A DNA stretch of 46,083 nucleotides from assembly GCA_001781625.1 (NCBI GenBank), contig MFLS01000002.1:19957-66039 (forward strand). The letters run 5' to 3'. Numbering within the stretch: the first letter of the stretch is position 1; the number at the start of each line of letters is the position of its first letter. The notes under the pieces were generated by a model. It was given only the letters and a program-made list of their open reading frames with translations, had not been told where the DNA came from and did not search any database. The stretch comes from Candidatus Kaiserbacteria bacterium RIFCSPHIGHO2_12_FULL_56_13. GTDB taxonomy: Bacteria; Patescibacteriota; Minisyncoccia; Phycocordibacterales; Phycocordibacteraceae. Below, piece after piece: positions 1-6,131 of the stretch. Both the position numbers and the translations under genes were made by a program.

Positions 1-10
1 GACGAAATCG
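1..10 (+). ncRNA. Hammerhead ribozyme, 3' fragment cut off by the window start
   Basis: GACGAAAUCGGAAGUUCUUU (1-20) aligns with GAUGAAACAGAAGUUCUUUGAG (310-331) and GACGAAACAGAAACUCUUUGAG (2368-2389). That covers the stem II 3' strand, GAAA, stem III and the shared downstream motif. Confidence 0.4.
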
Positions 11-83
11 GAAGTTCTTTAATAACATTGAGTAGCGTCGAGTTAGATCCTCTCCAACAGAGTCCCGTAGCGTATGGTCCTGG

Positions 84-105
84 GCGAGCTGAGAAATCTG
101 CTCGC
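84..105 (+). repeat. Hairpin H0 of the GGCG...CGCC family
   Basis: GCGAGC (84-89) pairs with GCUCGC (100-105). The loop contains GAGAAAUC, as in H1 and H4, and the hairpin is preceded by GG. Confidence 0.4.
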
Positions 106-165
106 TACTCTTTTGCCACTGTTCAGCACCGTGGCGTTGAGCAAAGTTAAACAGGGTGTGGTAAT

Positions 166-186
166 GGGCGGAGAGAAATCTTCGCC
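166..186 (+). repeat. Hairpin H1 of the GGCG...CGCC family
   Basis: GGCGGAGA (167-174), GAAA loop, UCUUCGCC (179-186). 8 bp including one G-U. Confidence 0.5.
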
Positions 187-240
187 AAAATATCTAGTCT
201 GGTTTTGTACGCCCAACAGGCGCACTGCCTACTAGTGTAT

Positions 241-268
241 GGGGCGGGAGAACCAAGATTCTCCCGCC
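241..268 (+). repeat. Hairpin H2, immediately 5' of hammerhead 1
   Basis: GGCGGGAGAA (243-252) pairs with UUCUCCCGCC (259-268), 10 bp. It is followed by AACUGUC exactly as for H3. Confidence 0.6.
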
Positions 269-270
269 AA

Positions 271-319
271 CTGTCCCAGGATGTGTTTCCTGGCTGACGA
301 GTCCGAAAGGATGAAACAG
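271..319 (+). ncRNA. Type III hammerhead ribozyme, copy 1
   Basis: Stem III is CUGU (271-274) with ACAG (316-319). The cleavage triplet GUC ends at C275. Stem I hairpin is CCAGGA-UGUGUU-UCCUGG (276-293). Core is CUGACGA (294-300). Stem II is GUCC-GAAA-GGAU (301-312). GAAA lies at 313-316. Confidence 0.85.
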
Positions 320-365
320 AAGTTCTTTGAGTACGAACCACCGAACCATCAGAGGGAAAATCCAG

Positions 366-2162
366 ATGAAAAATCTCGATCTCATGGGGTCATTCCCGTA
401 CGATCGTCACCGCGTTATGCGAGACGGCCAGAAGATCGCCTTTGAAGAACTCAGGGGCGTCGAAGGTAAGGCAATCATCGAATCACCAGTCGGCACGGGT
501 AAAACCGCTGTCGGCATCACCTATCTTTCGGCGCTCGAAAAGCGTTTGAAGGCAGAACGGAATTTCGGCGGTCACCTGTTCTACATCGCGCCCAACAAGG
601 CGCTTGTCGAACAGGTGCATACGCTCTATCCGAAGGTGAATGTCGTCTACGGCCGCAACGAGCACCCGTGCTTCTACTACAAGGACGAGGACCTCAAGGC
701 GGACGAAATTCCCTGCTCAATGCTCACGGACTGCCCGCACAGGGTGGACCAGGAGACTGGGAAGACGCATACGGCCGGGGCGAAGCCTTGCGCGTACCTC
801 AAACAGAAGTACGAAGCAAAGAAGAATCCCGGCATCATCGTCTGCACCAACGCCTTCTTTCTCTACTCGGTTCTGTTCTCGAAAGAGTTTACGCCGGTAG
901 GGGTCGTCATCGACGAGGCGCATCGCATGGCACAGTCCATCCGCTCGGTTCTCCAGACGGAGATCACCGACTGGAAGGTTCAACGAGCGGTGGATGTGCT
1001 CGACGAGGTGAATCCTCGCCAATGCGCGAAGCTCTCGGCGTTCCTCGCGAGCATGAAGCGCACGGTAAAGCACTACGCGATGGGCAAGGAGACTCTGCTC
1101 GAAGAAGAGCAAATCCAGCGTCTCTACGAAACACTCTCTGCGGTTAATACTGACGCGCTCGAAGGCGAAGTCCGCCGGGCGATCGCGAAGGGTAAACTCG
1201 ACAAGAAGGCTGACCGTGAGGTCATCAAGCAAGTCGAGGACATCGCGCGGAGTGTGCGCCGCTTCAGGTACGCGCTCTCGTTCACGATGGCGACCAAGGA
1301 GCGACCGCCCCTTTCATTTATCTTCGCGTACGGCAAAACGGAGATGGGCGAGCACGACAAGGTGCAGTACAAAATCGTGGTCAAGGACTACTATGTGGTT
1401 CCCTTGATCAAGAAGATGCTGCCGGAGCACACGCTCGCCTACTCGGCGACGATATCGGACCCCGAACTCTTCGAGTTCGAGACCGGTATCAAGGGAACCT
1501 TCGCGTCAATCCCCTCCGGATTCCCGGTGGAGAACGCGCGAATCTATATGCCTACCGATACGGCAAATCTTGCGACCGCGAAATGCGGGAAGCAGGATAA
1601 GACGAGAAGCTTGCGGCTCATCGCCAAGACCGCGAAGAAATTCGCGCGAAAGGGGATGCGTTCGTTGATCATCGTCGTGTCAAACGCCGAGCGGCAGAAG
1701 TTCCTGATGCTCGCCGGAGAAGAAGGTCTTGACGTTCTCTCCTACGGAGAGGGAGTCACCGCTCGCGAATGCGCTTTTCGCTTCCAAAAGGGCGAGGGCG
1801 AATGCTTGGTCGGCACCATGGCTAACTTCGGCGAGGGTATCGACCTCCCGAAACAGATGGCACCGGTCATCTTCTACCTTCGGCCCGGCTATCCGCGCCC
1901 CAACGACCCACAAACGGTCTTTGAGGAGCGGCGCTTCCGAAATCGGCGGTGGGCGCTCTGGAATTGGCGCGTGATGGTGGAGTTGCTCCAAGTGCGGGGA
2001 CGGAACATTCGTTCCGAAACCGACCTCGGGGTCACCTTCCTCATCTCACAGCAGTTCCGGCGCTTCGCGTTTGGAGCGCTTCCCTCTTGGCTCGAGCCCG
2101 CGTATCGCGGCAACTCGACTCTCGACGAATGCGTGAAGGACGCGATGAAGTTGTTGTCGTAG
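366..2162 (+). CDS. DinG/XPD (Rad3-related) superfamily 2 DNA helicase with a 4-Cys Fe-S cluster insert
   Basis: Walker A is ESPVGTGKTAVG and the DEAH box is VVIDEAHRM. Four Cys lie between them (HPCFYY...IPCSMLTDCPH...KPCAYL). Motif V is FGEGIDLP and motif VI is QVRGRNIRSETDLG. ATG 366 is preceded by AGAGGG. The TTG at 327 in the ORF track lies only 8 nt downstream of the ribozyme's 3' end (319), with no visible SD. Confidence 0.85.
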   Translation: MKNLDLMGSFPYDRHRVMRDGQKIAFEELRGVEGKAIIESPVGTGKTAVGITYLSALEKRLKAERNFGGHLFYIAPNKALVEQVHTLYPKVNVVYGRNEHPCFYYKDEDLKADEIPCSMLTDCPHRVDQETGKTHTAGAKPCAYLKQKYEAKKNPGIIVCTNAFFLYSVLFSKEFTPVGVVIDEAHRMAQSIRSVLQTEITDWKVQRAVDVLDEVNPRQCAKLSAFLASMKRTVKHYAMGKETLLEEEQIQRLYETLSAVNTDALEGEVRRAIAKGKLDKKADREVIKQVEDIARSVRRFRYALSFTMATKERPPLSFIFAYGKTEMGEHDKVQYKIVVKDYYVVPLIKKMLPEHTLAYSATISDPELFEFETGIKGTFASIPSGFPVENARIYMPTDTANLATAKCGKQDKTRSLRLIAKTAKKFARKGMRSLIIVVSNAERQKFLMLAGEEGLDVLSYGEGVTARECAFRFQKGEGECLVGTMANFGEGIDLPKQMAPVIFYLRPGYPRPNDPQTVFEERRFRNRRWALWNWRVMVELLQVRGRNIRSETDLGVTFLISQQFRRFAFGALPSWLEPAYRGNSTLDECVKDAMKLLS

Positions 2163-2209
2163 AGCATTGCAGAGTTATGTCTTGTCCACTGAGATGCTCA
2201 AAGGTACTG

Positions 2210-2241
2210 GATGAGAAGGAGTAGAAATATTCCTTCTCATC
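2210..2241 (+). other. Strong stem-loop downstream of the helicase stop
   Basis: GAUGAGAAGGA (2210-2220) pairs perfectly with UCCUUCUCAUC (2231-2241), 11 bp. The loop is GUAGAAAUAU. No clean U-tract follows (GCUUUGC). Confidence 0.4.
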
Positions 2242-2298
2242 GCTTTGCACTGTCCTGCCGCGTCGTTCAGTTGGGTAAATCATTGTTCTTTATTGTTC

Positions 2299-2326
2299 GG
2301 GGCGAGGAAACTTCGGTTTCCTCGCC
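2299..2326 (+). repeat. Hairpin H3, immediately 5' of hammerhead 2
   Basis: GGCGAGGAAAC (2301-2311), UUCG loop, GUUUCCUCGCC (2316-2326), 11 bp. It is followed by AACUGUC. Confidence 0.6.
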
Positions 2327-2328
2327 AA

Positions 2329-2377
2329 CTGTCGGAGGATGTGTATCTTCCCTGATGAGTCCGAAAGGACGAAACAG
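2329..2377 (+). ncRNA. Type III hammerhead ribozyme, copy 2 (canonical core)
   Basis: Stem III is CUGU (2329-2332) with ACAG (2374-2377). GUC cleavage is after C2333. Stem I is GGAGGAU-GUGU-AUCUUCC (2334-2351). Core is CUGAUGA (2352-2358). Stem II is GUCC-GAAA-GGAC (2359-2370). GAAA lies at 2371-2374. Confidence 0.9.
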
Positions 2378-2402
2378 AAACTCTTTGAGGAGACACCATG
2401 AA

Positions 2403-2546
2403 ATGAAATCAAGCAACAAGACGAAGACGCGAGTCAAAGTCACCCTCGTCAGCACTTCGCCAATGATTCAGAACGCCTTCAGGGAGATCCTGTACTTCAC
2501 GTGCGGGACGGAGAGAAATCTCCGTCGTACATCCTGTCGGGTTTAG
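2403..2546 (+). CDS. Possible 47-aa basic peptide downstream of hammerhead 2
   Basis: GAGGAG lies 5 nt before ATG 2398, which opens only ATG-AAA-TGA. The overlapping ATG 2403 opens MKSSNKTKTRVKVTLV.... The 3' end runs through hairpin H4. No recognisable family. Confidence 0.2.
   Translation: MKSSNKTKTRVKVTLVSTSPMIQNAFREILYFTCGTERNLRRTSCRV
2501..2531 (+). repeat. Hairpin H4 of the family
   Basis: GACGGAGA (2508-2515), GAAA loop, UCUCCGUC (2520-2527). Extended by GUGC/GUAC with a GG bulge. Confidence 0.5.
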
Positions 2547-2587
2547 CTCACTTGCTTCAAGTTGCGTCAGGTCCCCTCAGGTGAACT
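2534..2587 (+). other. Probable decayed hammerhead remnant after H4
   Basis: CUGUC|GGG follows H4 just as the cleavage site follows H2 and H3. GCGUCAG-GUCC-CCUC-AGGU-GAAC (2564-2585) aligns with CUGAUGA-GUCC-GAAA-GGAC-GAAAC, but the catalytic core is mutated. Confidence 0.3.
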
Positions 2588-2589
2588 TA

Positions 2590-2615
2590 GGGGCGGAGAA
2601 CTACAGTTTTCCGCC
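2590..2615 (+). repeat. Hairpin H5 of the family
   Basis: GGCGGAGAAC (2592-2601), UACA loop, GUUUUCCGCC (2606-2615). 10 bp with one G-U. Confidence 0.55.
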
Positions 2616-2684
2616 ATTCACCCTGCTTGGTACCGTTGGGTCGTGTGTCGCAGGGTTTGCTGTTCGTTCTCAAATCTTCAGTTC

Positions 2685-2714
2685 GGGGCGGAGAAGGACT
2701 TGGTCTTTCCTGCC
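2685..2714 (+). repeat. Hairpin H6 of the family
   Basis: GGGGCGGAGAAGGAC...GUCUUUCCUGCC. About 12 bp if one A is bulged; two G-U pairs. Confidence 0.45.
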
Positions 2715-2789
2715 ACATTTTTGAGTGCAGACAGGTGGCGTGTCGCATTCTTCGTTATTCTGCAGCAAAGTCGAACTTCAGTCGAGTGC

Positions 2790-2817
2790 GGGGCGGAGAG
2801 ACTTTGGTCTCTCCGCC
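2790..2817 (+). repeat. Hairpin H7 of the family
   Basis: GGCGGAGAGAC (2792-2802), UUUG loop, GUCUCUCCGCC (2807-2817). Perfect 11 bp. Confidence 0.6.
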
Positions 2818-2878
2818 AAACATCATTGTGCAATATCGTCAGGCTGACTCTAGTTTTCTACAGTCTTATAACGTATGG

Positions 2879-2916
2879 AGCGGGTTCCCCTAAAAAGGAA
2901 CCCGCTATTTTATTTT
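2879..2916. terminator. Bidirectional intrinsic terminator (end of hairpin array / rarA)
   Basis: AGCGGGUUCC (2879-2888) pairs with GGAACCCGCU (2897-2906), followed by AUUUUAUUUU. It overlaps the rarA stop. Confidence 0.6.
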
Positions 2917-4091
2917 CCGCCAGAGGCGGATCCGCCTTCGGCGGACAAATACTTCTTTTTCTTTAGCTTTTCCGGTAATAGCGACTCCGTATCGCCATAC
3001 ATTTCGTATCCTTTTCCATAATCCAAATCCTTCATGAATTTCGTTTCAGGGTTGCGGAGTTTTTTGGGGACGGGGAGATTACCGAAGGCCTGCACATCGG
3101 CTTGCGCTGACCGCAACGCGTCATACGCGCTACGATTTTTCTTACACTGCGCGAGGTACGCAACGCCGTGAGCGAGCGTAATGGCGCATTCAGGGTAACC
3201 GATCGTCTCGCAGGCGCGAAATACGGCGTTTGCGACCACAAGCGCAGTTGGTTGTGCAAGGCCGATGTCTTCTGAAGCGAAAACGACCATGCGGCGCGCG
3301 ATAAAAAGAGGGTCCTCCCCTGCTTCGACCATGCGTGCGAGGTAGTAGAGGGCGGCATCAGGCTGCGAGGCACGCATGCTTTTAATAAATGCACTGATGG
3401 TGTCATAATGCTCCTCGCCTTTTTTGTCGTAGCGCAGGTGCGGCGACTCAAGCGCTTTGTTCAAGGTTTCGACATCTACTTTTCCATACAAACTCTGCGC
3501 ACCCTCAAGCATTCCGAGTGCTTTACGTGCGTCGCCATTTGCGTACCCAAGGAGCCAATCAAAAGTTTTTGCATCTATTTTAATTTTTGTGCTCTTTACG
3601 ATTGCTTTCAGCGCTTCTTCAGAGAGTGGCTCGAGCACGAATACTCGGCAGCGCGAAAGCAAAGCAGGTATCACCTCGAAACTCGGATTTTCGGTCGTAG
3701 CGCCGATCAGGGTGAGAACACCGTTTTCGACATACGGCAAGAGAAAATCCTGCTGTGCTTTATTGAAACGATGGATCTCGTCGAGAAAAAGGAGTTTCGG
3801 TTTCTCAAACATCGCGATTTCATTGCGCCCCTTCTCACTCCCAACAATTTTCTTGATGTCCTCTTTGCCCGCAGAGACCGCCGAGAGCTCGTGAAGTTCG
3901 GCATCGAGTGCGCGCGCATAAATGCGCGCGATAGTCGTCTTGCCAGAGCCCGGCGGACCCCAAAGGATGAATGAGAAGAGGTGCTTTTTCTCTATCGCAA
4001 CGCGAAGAGGTTTACCCGCCCCTACCAAATGCTCTTGCCCCACGACTTCGTCGAGGGTTTGCGGCCTCAAGCGCGCAGCCAACGGCTCCAT
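2910..4091 (-). CDS. rarA: Replication-associated recombination protein A (AAA+ ATPase RarA/MgsA)
   Basis: N-terminus is PLAARLRPQTLDEVVGQEHLVG. Walker A is WGPPGSGKTTIAR and Walker B is LLFLDEIHRFNK. The C-terminal MgsA domain includes YDTISAFIKSMRASQPDAALYYLARM. Confidence 0.9.
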   Translation of the reverse strand: MEPLAARLRPQTLDEVVGQEHLVGAGKPLRVAIEKKHLFSFILWGPPGSGKTTIARIYARALDAELHELSAVSAGKEDIKKIVGSEKGRNEIAMFEKPKLLFLDEIHRFNKAQQDFLLPYVENGVLTLIGATTENPSFEVIPALLSRCRVFVLEPLSEEALKAIVKSTKIKIDAKTFDWLLGYANGDARKALGMLEGAQSLYGKVDVETLNKALESPHLRYDKKGEEHYDTISAFIKSMRASQPDAALYYLARMVEAGEDPLFIARRMVVFASEDIGLAQPTALVVANAVFRACETIGYPECAITLAHGVAYLAQCKKNRSAYDALRSAQADVQAFGNLPVPKKLRNPETKFMKDLDYGKGYEMYGDTESLLPEKLKKKKYLSAEGGSASGGK

Positions 4092-4092
4092 G

Positions 4093-4163
4093 TGCGGGAT
4101 GGGAGAATCGAACTCCCGCTCTCAGTTTGGAAAACTGACGTTCTACCATTAAACTAATCCCGC
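4093..4163 (-). tRNA. tRNA-Gly (UCC)
   Basis: The reverse complement folds as a cloverleaf with acceptor GCGGGAU/AUCCCGC. Anticodon stem is UCAGU/ACUGA with loop UUUCCAA, giving UCC. T arm is GGGAG-UUCGAUU-CUCCC. No encoded CCA. Confidence 0.8.
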
Positions 4164-4202
4164 TTACTCGCGAGGATACCATTTTTGAGGTAGCGTAGGA
4201 GC

Positions 4203-5315
4203 ATGCCGCTGTATTTGTGGGCGACAATAGTTTTCGCCATCGTCATCGCGCTTAGCGCAAGCGTGTATAACGCGCCGAGGGTGGCCACTGCCCCGCCTAC
4301 CCAAAACACGATTGAGACAGTAACGGATGAAGAAGTTGTTTGGGGTGACGTGCCGACAGCGAGCGAGCCAGTTGTCGAAGCATCGCCGTTTGTCGAGCCC
4401 GCACAACCTGCGGCTACGACCCCGATCTCTCAACCGCCTGCATCACAGCCGGTCGCGGTTGCCGTACAACCCACACAGAGCGAATTTGAAAGTGCGGCCG
4501 AAGCACTGCGCGCTGCCCTCGTCAACATATTTTGCATCTCCGGTCGTCGTGATATCATCTCGATCTCTGGCTCGGGCGTCATCGTTGATCCGCGCGGCAT
4601 CATCATCACGAATGCGCATATCGCACAATACTTTTTGCTCGCCGGCGATCCCGCGCTTGAGGTCTCGTGCATGATACGTGCCGGGAGCCCCGCAAAAGAT
4701 CTCTATCGCGGGAGCCTCATGTTCCTCCCGCCCTCGTGGGTCGCACAAAACGCCGACATTCTGACTAAAGACGACCCGACTGGGAATGGCGAATACGACT
4801 TCGCTTTTATCGCCATCACGGGGAGTGCAACCGCTTCATCCTTGCCGAGCATCTTCGCCCATGTGCCGCTTGGCGAGGGCGATGCCCACGCTCTCGAGCC
4901 CGTCATCATCGGCGCCTATGCGGCACAATTTCTTTCATCGAGCCAGTTGCAGTCGGCGCTCTTCCCCACCCTTGTGTATGGTTCGATAAAAGAGGTTTTT
5001 ACTTTTGTCGCGACGACGATCGATGTCATCACGCTTGGCGGCTCGGCGGCGGCACAAGAGGGCTCTTCAGGCGGCGGAGTGGCACGCACCGACGGCACCT
5101 TAGGCGGCCTTATCACCACCTCGACGATTGAGGGCGATACCTCTGCGCGCACCTTAGGCGGAATCACGGCGTTATACATTCGCCGCGCCTATGAAGCCGA
5201 GACCGGTACAACACTTACAACGCTCATGTCGAAGTCGCCAGTTGAAGCGGCTGCCAGCTTCGCGCCGCAGATACCCGCGCTCCGCGCGCTCCTCACTGCC
5301 GCTCTTTCGCAATAA
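4203..5315 (+). CDS. Membrane-anchored trypsin-like (S1 family) serine protease
   Basis: N-terminal TM segment is LYLWATIVFAIVIALSA. GSGVIVDPRGIIITNAHIAQY provides the catalytic His context, EYDFAFIAI the Asp, and EGSSGGGVA the Ser. Confidence 0.7.
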   Translation: MPLYLWATIVFAIVIALSASVYNAPRVATAPPTQNTIETVTDEEVVWGDVPTASEPVVEASPFVEPAQPAATTPISQPPASQPVAVAVQPTQSEFESAAEALRAALVNIFCISGRRDIISISGSGVIVDPRGIIITNAHIAQYFLLAGDPALEVSCMIRAGSPAKDLYRGSLMFLPPSWVAQNADILTKDDPTGNGEYDFAFIAITGSATASSLPSIFAHVPLGEGDAHALEPVIIGAYAAQFLSSSQLQSALFPTLVYGSIKEVFTFVATTIDVITLGGSAAAQEGSSGGGVARTDGTLGGLITTSTIEGDTSARTLGGITALYIRRAYEAETGTTLTTLMSKSPVEAAASFAPQIPALRALLTAALSQ

Positions 5316-5318
5316 CGT

Positions 5319-5389
5319 TCGGGCCGCCGAGAGTCGAACTCGGTCTACCTGCTCCCAAAGCAGGCGTACTACCATCATACGCCGGCCCG
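5319..5389 (-). tRNA. tRNA-Pro (UGG)
   Basis: Acceptor is CGGGCCG/CGGCCCG. Anticodon stem is CCUGC/GCAGG with loop UUUGGGA. T arm is CCGAG-UUCGACU-CUCGG. Confidence 0.8.
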
Positions 5390-5399
5390 CTTTTGCATC

Positions 5400-5792
5400 C
5401 TACACGATTTGCGGCAAGTAGCGGACACGAGCGCGACCGTCGTGAGCTCGAAGCCACACCAGCGCTCCGTCGACCTGCCACTCTCCCTCCCAGTTCTTTT
5501 GCATGACATACCACTCCCCCGTTCGTGCAACCTTGCGCACTTTCGCTTCGTGGAGATTTAAAGAAGGATCATATTCGTCTGTCGGTTCTGCCGTTGGGAA
5601 TTCGCGACAGACAACCGTCTTAACCTCGACAAAGTGAAGAGTGTTACCCTCGTGGGCCACAAGGTCGATCTCTCCTGTTTTGCGGGTGACATTGCGGTCG
5701 ATAATCTTTATGCCGTGTCGGCGAAGGTATTCGGCCGCCACCCGCTCTCCCAGAGTCCCAATCTCCCTCCTACTCTTACCAAAGAGGTTCAT
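5400..5792 (-). CDS. YraN family (UPF0102) endonuclease-like protein
   Basis: GERVAAEYLRRHGIKIIDRN...GEIDLVAHEGNTLHFVEVKT is the typical YraN signature. Confidence 0.85.
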   Translation of the reverse strand: MNLFGKSRREIGTLGERVAAEYLRRHGIKIIDRNVTRKTGEIDLVAHEGNTLHFVEVKTVVCREFPTAEPTDEYDPSLNLHEAKVRKVARTGEWYVMQKNWEGEWQVDGALVWLRAHDGRARVRYLPQIV

Positions 5793-5920
5793 GTCCTTTA
5801 ATTATAGCCCTTATTTGCTTGTTTTTCTTTAAAGTCAAGATATTTGGGGGTATGTCCTTTATCCCCATGTCCCCAACTTTATCCCCTACTTCGCTCAAGC
5901 TACGTAAGGTAAGCACTTTG

Positions 5921-5991
5921 TGCGGATAGCGAGAATCGAACTCGCGTCTCGTCCTTGGCAAGGACGCATTCTACCACTAAACCATATCCGC
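5921..5991 (-). tRNA. tRNA-Gly (GCC)
   Basis: Acceptor is GCGGAUA/UAUCCGC. Anticodon stem is CGUCC/GGACG with loop UUGCCAA. T arm is GCGAG-UUCGAUU-CUCGC. Confidence 0.85.
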
Positions 5992-6019
5992 TTTTCGCGA
6001 GGCACTATACCATATCTTG

Positions 6020-6091
6020 CGCCTCGGCCAGGACTCGAACCCAGAATTCGACGTCCGAAGCGTCGCGTGATATCCATTTCACCACCGAGGC
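6020..6091 (-). tRNA. tRNA-Arg (UCG)
   Basis: Acceptor is GCCUCGG/CCGAGGC. Anticodon stem is CGACG/CGUCG with loop CUUCGGA. The T loop is UUCGAGU and the T stem has two G-U pairs. Confidence 0.75.
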
Positions 6092-6131
6092 ATTACGCCG
6101 TAAAGCGTAACAAACATGCTACCATCACGCC

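Noticed and set aside
327-365. TTG start at 327 for the helicase, as in the ORF track
   Set aside because: It lies only 8 nt downstream of the hammerhead's 3' end (319) and has no visible SD. ATG 366, preceded by AGAGGG, is more plausible.
2167-2195. TTGCAG-17-TGAGAT as an internal promoter after the helicase
   Set aside because: The -10 matches only 3 of 6 consensus positions, which is too weak to call. Transcription is more simply read-through from upstream.
84-2817. The hairpin array considered as a CRISPR array
   Set aside because: The repeats are not sequence-identical; they are conserved only in structure and at their ends. Spacing is irregular (81-103 nt, plus a 2-kb gene inside). 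No cas genes or leader are visible.
2562-2966. 134-aa ORF (and the overlapping 2627-2893 ORF) across the hairpin array
   Set aside because: The frame is built from the repeated hairpins (peptide motifs such as GGELQFSA, GAEKDLVFPA and GAERLWSL come from the repeats). It runs through the terminator into rarA antisense sequence. No RBS is present.
4093-4163. Reading this tRNA as tRNA-Trp because CCA occurs in the anticodon loop
   Set aside because: With the 5-bp stem UCAGU/ACUGA, the 7-nt loop is UUUCCAA. Positions 34-36 are therefore UCC (Gly). The GCGGGA acceptor also fits Gly.
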